Positions 58,750-64,000 of a stretch of 64,000 nt of DNA are shown here, one piece after another (the first letter of the stretch is position 1; each line of letters starts with the position of its first letter). The notes below the pieces were generated by a model. The model had not been told where the DNA came from and ran no database searches. It saw only the letters and a program-made list of their open reading frames with translations. This DNA is from Patescibacteria group bacterium (GTDB lineage Bacteria; Patescibacteriota; Patescibacteriia; GWA2-46-9): NCBI GenBank assembly GCA_041660005.1, contig JBAZXG010000001.1, forward strand, positions 71,689 to 135,688. The letters are read 5' to 3'. The translations under genes were made by a program, and so were the position numbers.

Positions 58750-59305
58750 ATGTGTGTTGTAAATCAGGTGAACGCTGTAATAGTTGCTGCTTACCGCGGC
58801 TAATACGAACGCCTACAGTCGAAATCGGAATCTGCATAACTTCAGCAATCTCTTGGTAACTCAAGTCTTCAAAAAAGTACAGCACCAAAGGTTCACGATA
58901 CTTTTCATCTAATTTACCCAGTGAGTCATCAAGGGCCGCTCGTAATTCTTTTTCATGGATGGCTCGATCGGCTGATTCGTTTGATAAGGGATGCGGGAAA
59001 AGCGTGTCTGGATCAAAAAAAGGAACAGGAAGACGCGCATGCTTATGGAGAGTATTTATAAATTCATTATGGGCGATGCGATAGAGCCAGGGAGAAAAAC
59101 GACGATTGGTATTAAATCCTTGAATGTTTGCATACGCCTTTAAAAAAACGTCTTGAACGACGTCTTCGCTGTCCTCGCGCCCAAAGAGAAACTTGCTGGC
59201 ATAACGTAACATCTTCTGTTCGTAACGTTCTACCAGTATGCCAAACGCTTCCGTATCTCCTTGCTGGACCTTGAACGCTATTTCCTCATCAGTAGGACTC
59301 GACAT
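58733..59305 (-). CDS. ECF RNA polymerase sigma factor (SigW-like)
   Basis: EDVVQDVFLKAY, FSPWLYRIAHN, LSYQEIAEVM.IPISTV..RI.RGK. Confidence 0.93.
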   Translation of the reverse strand: MSSPTDEEIAFKVQQGDTEAFGILVERYEQKMLRYASKFLFGREDSEDVVQDVFLKAYANIQGFNTNRRFSPWLYRIAHNEFINTLHKHARLPVPFFDPDTLFPHPLSNESADRAIHEKELRAALDDSLGKLDEKYREPLVLYFFEDLSYQEIAEVMQIPISTVGVRISRGKQQLLQRSPDLQHTYGSQF

Positions 59306-59353
59306 AGGGCCATCTATTATTACACTAAAACAGTGAAATTCTTTCAACCTCCC

Positions 59354-60370
59354 TTAGGCAATCGACAGTGACTGTTTGTAGCGCTTAAGCATTTGCTCGG
59401 AAACTTTTGAAATATCAAGCGATGCGGCTAATTGCTCTGCACGTTCCCCAAGCTCCCGACGAAGATGAGGGTCATTCTTCAGACGCTCGAGCTCTCGCGC
59501 AAAATCTTCATCACTCTTCGCTTTCAAGCAGTTACTGCCATGCTCGAGCCACCCTTCGTAGACGGGAATATCCCGAACGAGTATCGGTAAACCTGCAGCT
59601 GCCGCTTCGAGGATTGCCATGCCTTCGTTTTCCTCACGAGAAGGAAAAACAAAAATATCTAAAATTGAAAACGCTTCTTGCACATCAGGAACGTAACCAG
59701 TAAAACAAACGTTCTGTGGTAAATTTTTTGGTAGTGCCGGCGTGAGCAGTGTTGAATACTGTTTACCAAACCAAACAAAAGAAAGCGATGGAAAATGATT
59801 TGCTAAGAAAAGAAAGGTATCAATGCCTTTACGCGGAACAACCAAACCAACCGTACCCACTGCAATCTCATGCGTAATCGCGTAACGCCTCCGACCACGG
59901 GCACGTTTCATTTCGTCACGTTTGTAGTGTAGAGCGACAACGGCGTTTGATTGCACCTGCAATTTTTCTGGTGCTAGTCCATAGCCAATAAGTAGCTCTC
60001 GCGTATAAACGGTCGGGCAAAGCACCACATCTGCCAAACCATAAGCGTAGGTAAGGTAGCGCTTGAGTAATCCAACACCGTAGCCAGAAAAACGAAATAC
60101 TTCGCGCGCATCTTCGGCGGTCACATGCGCCCAAACAATTACCGGTATCCCCAGCCGTCGCGCACGTTTCATTAAAAAAAGCGACCGTACCCACGGCGTA
60201 TTAATTTGCAATATATCACCATCAAGGTGCGAGGACTCACTAAAAGGAATACCAAGCTGCAACAGCATTTCTTTTTGGTTGCGATAAGAACTTAAAAGTC
60301 CAGTGCCAATATTTTTAAAAAGCCGACCCTTGAATAGGGTGCGATACTCAAGATAGAGACAAATCTTCAT
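59354..60370 (-). CDS. GT4 glycosyltransferase (diglycosyl-DAG synthase-like)
   Basis: MKICLYLE, AHVTAED, RKGIDTF, PSREENEGMAILEA. Confidence 0.85.
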   Translation of the reverse strand: MKICLYLEYRTLFKGRLFKNIGTGLLSSYRNQKEMLLQLGIPFSESSHLDGDILQINTPWVRSLFLMKRARRLGIPVIVWAHVTAEDAREVFRFSGYGVGLLKRYLTYAYGLADVVLCPTVYTRELLIGYGLAPEKLQVQSNAVVALHYKRDEMKRARGRRRYAITHEIAVGTVGLVVPRKGIDTFLFLANHFPSLSFVWFGKQYSTLLTPALPKNLPQNVCFTGYVPDVQEAFSILDIFVFPSREENEGMAILEAAAAGLPILVRDIPVYEGWLEHGSNCLKAKSDEDFARELERLKNDPHLRRELGERAEQLAASLDISKVSEQMLKRYKQSLSIA

Positions 60371-60372
60371 AG

Positions 60373-61536
60373 CTAGTCGTTCAGTGCTTGCTTGTAGATA
60401 GTTTCAAGCTGCAACAGCAATTTTTCCGGATCGTACTGAAGCGCCAACTGACGAGAAGATTTACCGTAGCGCTCTTGCAACTCGCTCTCTTCTGCCAAGG
60501 TCACGAGCGCCGCAGCAAGTGCTTTGGTGTCGCCAGGTTCAGCCAAAAATCCGTTTTCTTTTTCCTTAACAAGCTCTGGCACGCCGAGCGCCCGCACGCC
60601 GACAATGGGTAGTCCAACCGCCATGGCCTCAAGAATGGTCATGGGCATATTTTCACTGCAGCTGGCGGTAATAAAACCATCAGACACCTGTAAAATTTCA
60701 ACTATTTCCTTACTGCTCTTCATGCCAAGGAAACGAACCGAATCAGCTATGCCCCGTGCTTTTGTCAGCGCCTCCAAAGATTCACGTTCTGGGCCGTCAC
60801 CAACCACAAGTAAAGTAATGCGCTGAAGTTTCTTTTGAGCAAGCGCAACCGCTTCCAAAACAGCGGCAACATTTTTTTCATAACTTAACCGGCCCACGTA
60901 CACAAAAACCGGCCCAGACAACTGTAACGAGGATCGCAAGGCAACGCGTCGAGGTACGTCTGCCGGAGAAAAAAATGAAGCATCGACGGCGTTCGGTAAT
61001 ATAGTAATTGGCTTCATAAGGCCATGCTCCTCTAAGGCTTCAGCCAGCGCCTTACTTTGACTGAGCACATAGTGACAACGATTATAGAAACCCACGATAT
61101 ACTTCCAAGAAAGCCACTTTGCCCAATCAAAATCAAGACGCAAATGGCGCAAATAATGATCGTGAAAGGTATGATGCGTCCCAATGAGTGGCACGCGAAA
61201 AACACGAGAGAGGTAGAGCGCCTCCAGCCCAACAGAAAATGGGGTATGCGCATGGATAATTTGCGGGCGAAATTTTTTCATTTGGTAGACCGTCATACCA
61301 AGAGGAATAGCAAGACGCTCTCCGGGATAGAGAGGAAAACGTACTGAGGGCACCGTAATCAGCTGATAGCCGTCTTTCGTTTTGGTCGACCGCACCATCA
61401 TGCTGTTTGGTGACGAATTCGTTACAACGCAGACCTCATGACCACGCTTTATAAGATCGCGCGCTGAAGTGGCGACAACCGTAGCCACACCATTTACCTG
61501 CGGGAAAAAAGTATCGCTAAAAAGCGCTATGCGCAT
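60373..61536 (-). CDS. GT4 glycosyltransferase (monoglycosyl-DAG synthase-like)
   Basis: MRIALFSDTFFPQVNGVAT, HAHTPFSVG, THHT, GRLSYEKN, ENMPMTILEAMA. Confidence 0.88.
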   Translation of the reverse strand: MRIALFSDTFFPQVNGVATVVATSARDLIKRGHEVCVVTNSSPNSMMVRSTKTKDGYQLITVPSVRFPLYPGERLAIPLGMTVYQMKKFRPQIIHAHTPFSVGLEALYLSRVFRVPLIGTHHTFHDHYLRHLRLDFDWAKWLSWKYIVGFYNRCHYVLSQSKALAEALEEHGLMKPITILPNAVDASFFSPADVPRRVALRSSLQLSGPVFVYVGRLSYEKNVAAVLEAVALAQKKLQRITLLVVGDGPERESLEALTKARGIADSVRFLGMKSSKEIVEILQVSDGFITASCSENMPMTILEAMAVGLPIVGVRALGVPELVKEKENGFLAEPGDTKALAAALVTLAEESELQERYGKSSRQLALQYDPEKLLLQLETIYKQALND

Positions 61537-62363
61537 ACGTCCGTTAAAAATTCAAGAATAATGCCAGAAACTTTGTCTTGCGCATGGGATGCCAAAAAAT
61601 GATTTGGATGCACAATGGTAACCACCTCAGCGCCAAGGCGCGTCGCCATTGTTTTTGCTTCGCTCACGCTAAAAAAGGGGTCATGCTCTGCACGAACAAC
61701 AGTTGTTGGAAAATAAAGTTGTTTTAGTTCTCCGCTGAAGTCCAGCGTACTCATGAGCGCCATCAACCACAAATTTACAGAAATCGGCATGCTCTTTAAC
61801 CCTTCATACACAGAGTACCAATAACCTCGCAGTGCTGTTTTCTGATATTGGTAATAAAAATAACGCCGTCGCTTTTGCCAGAGCATAAGGTAAGCGACTC
61901 CGTTCAAGAAAGTCGTTAGCAGACGAGCCACCACCGAGAAACCGCGCTCAACGATTGGATTAATGTAATTTGCACTAATGAGCATGAGTCCGCTTAAAGA
62001 CGACGGGTAATGCAAGGCGTAATCAAGGGCTACGCAGCCGCCAAATGAGTAGCCAACGAGGATAAAGTGCTTAATGCGTTCATGCTCAACAATTTGCCTG
62101 AGATCACTCGTAAAACGGGGAAAGGTATAGAGGGAACGACGTCGAGTTTTATCGGAGTACCCATGACCGCGCATGTCAACCATGAGGCAGTTGTATTGCT
62201 GAGCTCTGAGCAATGCGACAACACCAGACCACGTCGTATGATTCGCTGATAAACCATGCAAGAACACCACCCAAGGACGGTTCGGGAACGTATCATCAAT
62301 AAAGTAATAAATTTTGCCCGCGTCGGTTGCGATAAACTTTTTTTGCAAAAAGTCTGGATCCAT
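61527..62363 (-). CDS. Alpha/beta hydrolase
   Basis: LHGL, DMRGHGYS, GYSFGG nucleophile elbow, D and H of the triad. Confidence 0.9.
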   Translation of the reverse strand: MDPDFLQKKFIATDAGKIYYFIDDTFPNRPWVVFLHGLSANHTTWSGVVALLRAQQYNCLMVDMRGHGYSDKTRRRSLYTFPRFTSDLRQIVEHERIKHFILVGYSFGGCVALDYALHYPSSLSGLMLISANYINPIVERGFSVVARLLTTFLNGVAYLMLWQKRRRYFYYQYQKTALRGYWYSVYEGLKSMPISVNLWLMALMSTLDFSGELKQLYFPTTVVRAEHDPFFSVSEAKTMATRLGAEVVTIVHPNHFLASHAQDKVSGIILEFLTDVCA

Positions 62364-62401
62364 AATAATGAGTTTGGTGGAAACAGTCGCCGGACAGTCC
62401 C

Positions 62402-62989
62402 CTAGACACTACGGCGACGGAACAACCGATGCAATAAAAAATAAAACAGCAGGACAAAAACAACAAGAATCATAATAGCTACGCCTACATAGTTTAAGTA
62501 ACTATCAATAGAAGCGTACGCTTTACCAAAATAATAGCCAACCACAATTAAAAGTAAGGACTTCGGCAGCGTCCCCAAAAGGTTATACCAAATGAATTGC
62601 AAAAACGGCACTCGGGCAACTCCTGCGGCAACCAGTATGGCGCCGCCCACCGCATGCATGACTTTCCCTGCAAGTAACGTTTTTCCCGTATGTGCATCAA
62701 AGTGCTGGTCGAGCGTTGCTATGCGATCCTTGGTGATGCCAATAAACCGACCCCAACGATCGATAAACCGACCGCGACCCCAACGACCAATAACATAATA
62801 AACGCAGTCGCCAACAAGATCGCCAACCGTCACGACTGCGTACGCTAACCAAAAATTGATATACCCAAGTGAAGCAATGAAACCAGCGAGCACGGTAACA
62901 ATCGGCCCTTCAACCATCACCAAAGGAAATAGCACAAGATAGCGATAGACCAGCAGCCAGGACATGACTGTCTCAAGAGAAAACTGCAT
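62402..62989 (-). CDS. DedA family membrane protein
   Basis: EGP...LAGF, GD.V.Y.IGR.G, AAG..R.P..F. Confidence 0.9.
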   Translation of the reverse strand: MQFSLETVMSWLLVYRYLVLFPLVMVEGPIVTVLAGFIASLGYINFWLAYAVVTVGDLVGDCVYYVIGRWGRGRFIDRWGRFIGITKDRIATLDQHFDAHTGKTLLAGKVMHAVGGAILVAAGVARVPFLQFIWYNLLGTLPKSLLLIVVGYYFGKAYASIDSYLNYVGVAIMILVVFVLLFYFLLHRLFRRRSV

Positions 62990-63056
62990 ACTTTATAAAA
63001 ACAAAGCTACGCTAACAAAACGCTTGAGTAGGATAAAGTACTCCACAAACATTTTG

Positions 63057-63452
63057 CTATTCAGTTGTGCGTCCATCAAAATGCTCTTCTTCTGCTGCAG
63101 CGCTTGCCTTGCTCACGCGCACAACGCCATCTCGATGTTCGGGCGGCGCATAAAGCGTATAAAGCTTCATCGGTGCATCGTTAGAAGTATTTATAATATT
63201 GTGGCGTGTACCCGCCGGAACAATAATTGCTGAGCCGTTACTAATCGAATGATGAACGCCGTCAAGAATCGCCTCGCCTATTCCGGACTCAACGCGCAAA
63301 AACTGATCCAAGGTGTGCACTTCTTCGCCAATATCTTCCAGGGGTGCCAGTGACATAAGAACCAACTGACAATGCTTGGCTGTATAGAGCACCCGACGAA
63401 AATCAGCATTCTCCATAGCCGCAGATTCGATGTTTGCTACATAACCGCGCAT
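63057..63452 (-). CDS. Cupin domain protein
   Basis: QLVLMSL, IGEEVH..DQF.RVE.G, VPAGT.HNI.N, KLYTLYAPPEH. Confidence 0.9.
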   Translation of the reverse strand: MRGYVANIESAAMENADFRRVLYTAKHCQLVLMSLAPLEDIGEEVHTLDQFLRVESGIGEAILDGVHHSISNGSAIIVPAGTRHNIINTSNDAPMKLYTLYAPPEHRDGVVRVSKASAAAEEEHFDGRTTE

Positions 63453-63632
63453 AGTAGTTACTATTAATTATTAAAAGACTTGATTCACTGCTCTTATCGT
63501 AATGCCAATGACGTGCTCGAGCAAGCTCTCGTCGATGTCGCGCTCACGCTAATAAAAGCAGTCCTTACGAGCATGAAATAAGCACTTCTGCGAAACAGCA
63601 ACCCTGCTCCGAACCATTCATTGAGAGTCCCT

Positions 63633-64000
63633 CTATTGCTTCACTCTCCAATTTTTTGCAGCGAAATCTTGTACCACCAAAGCAGCGGCAACGGCTACCA
63701 AACTAAGACCCCAGGCAAGGAGTGCAAGCATGCTGAGCTCGCCAGCTCTCCGTTCCACTTCTCTTAAGGAACGGCCCGCAACAACATACCCGCTCTTGCC
63801 ACCACCTTCATACGGGCGAACAACGACGGCGCTTCTAACACCAACCTTCGGCTGCCACGTTACCCGATTCTCCCCTTTCTGCGTAGCAGCAGCGAGCACG
63901 CCAACAGGAACAGAAAGTGTCTTGCCGTCAAGCGAAGCAGTGGAAGCAAGCGACGTACCTTGCTTGTCAACGATCATGACAAAAACAGCCAAACGATTTG
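63633..64000 (-). CDS. Hypothetical membrane protein resembling a sensor periplasmic domain (3' part; starts beyond the window)
   Basis: TWQP..GVR.A.V, GYVVAGRSLREVE and a C-terminal TM. Confidence 0.7.
   Translation of the reverse strand, partial: NRLAVFVMIVDKQGTSLASTASLDGKTLSVPVGVLAAATQKGENRVTWQPKVGVRSAVVVRPYEGGGKSGYVVAGRSLREVERRAGELSMLALLAWGLSLVAVAAALVVQDFAAKNWRVKQ

Noticed and set aside
63480-63630. Possible MITE between the cupin and the last gene
   Set aside because: Only weak end complementarity and no second copy in the window

Overview
This is a 64-kb stretch of a bacterial chromosome that looks like Patescibacteria/CPR, probably Parcubacteria or ABY1-like. That assignment is inferred from the CPR-type pilin, the compact SD-less core genes, the eukaryote-type GlyRS and the REP-rich spacers. 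Core genes: valS-tyrS-argS-lgt, smpB-ssrA-infC-rpmI-rplT-tRNA-Asp, glyQS, typA, a DEAD-box helicase, ABC/MacAB transporters and an ECF sigma factor. Points of interest: (1) a TrmB-headed operon trmB-glmS-tdh-kbl-yvcK ending in an acetyltransferase-only GlmU-like gene that the ORF track missed; it may be a threonine-fuelled, split-GlmU route to UDP-GlcNAc. (2) A large secreted LCAT-type lipase followed by five mosaic paralogous small membrane genes; four sit behind the lipase C-terminus or a clear relic of it and the fifth behind a weak relic, with 24-bp palindromes punctuating the locus, resembling an effector/poly-immunity array. (3) A ~450-bp two-fold symmetric non-coding element with covarying stems, in three copies beside orphan genes, plus several nested REP/MITE families, one inserted in frame in valS. 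(4) A LexA/UmuD-like plus Y-family polymerase cassette with a palindromic operator in the promoter spacer. (5) A DedA-hydrolase-GT4-GT4 glycolipid-like operon. (6) A set of self-contained orphan cassettes with their own promoter, SD and terminator. All assignments come from reading the sequence by eye; no searches were run.
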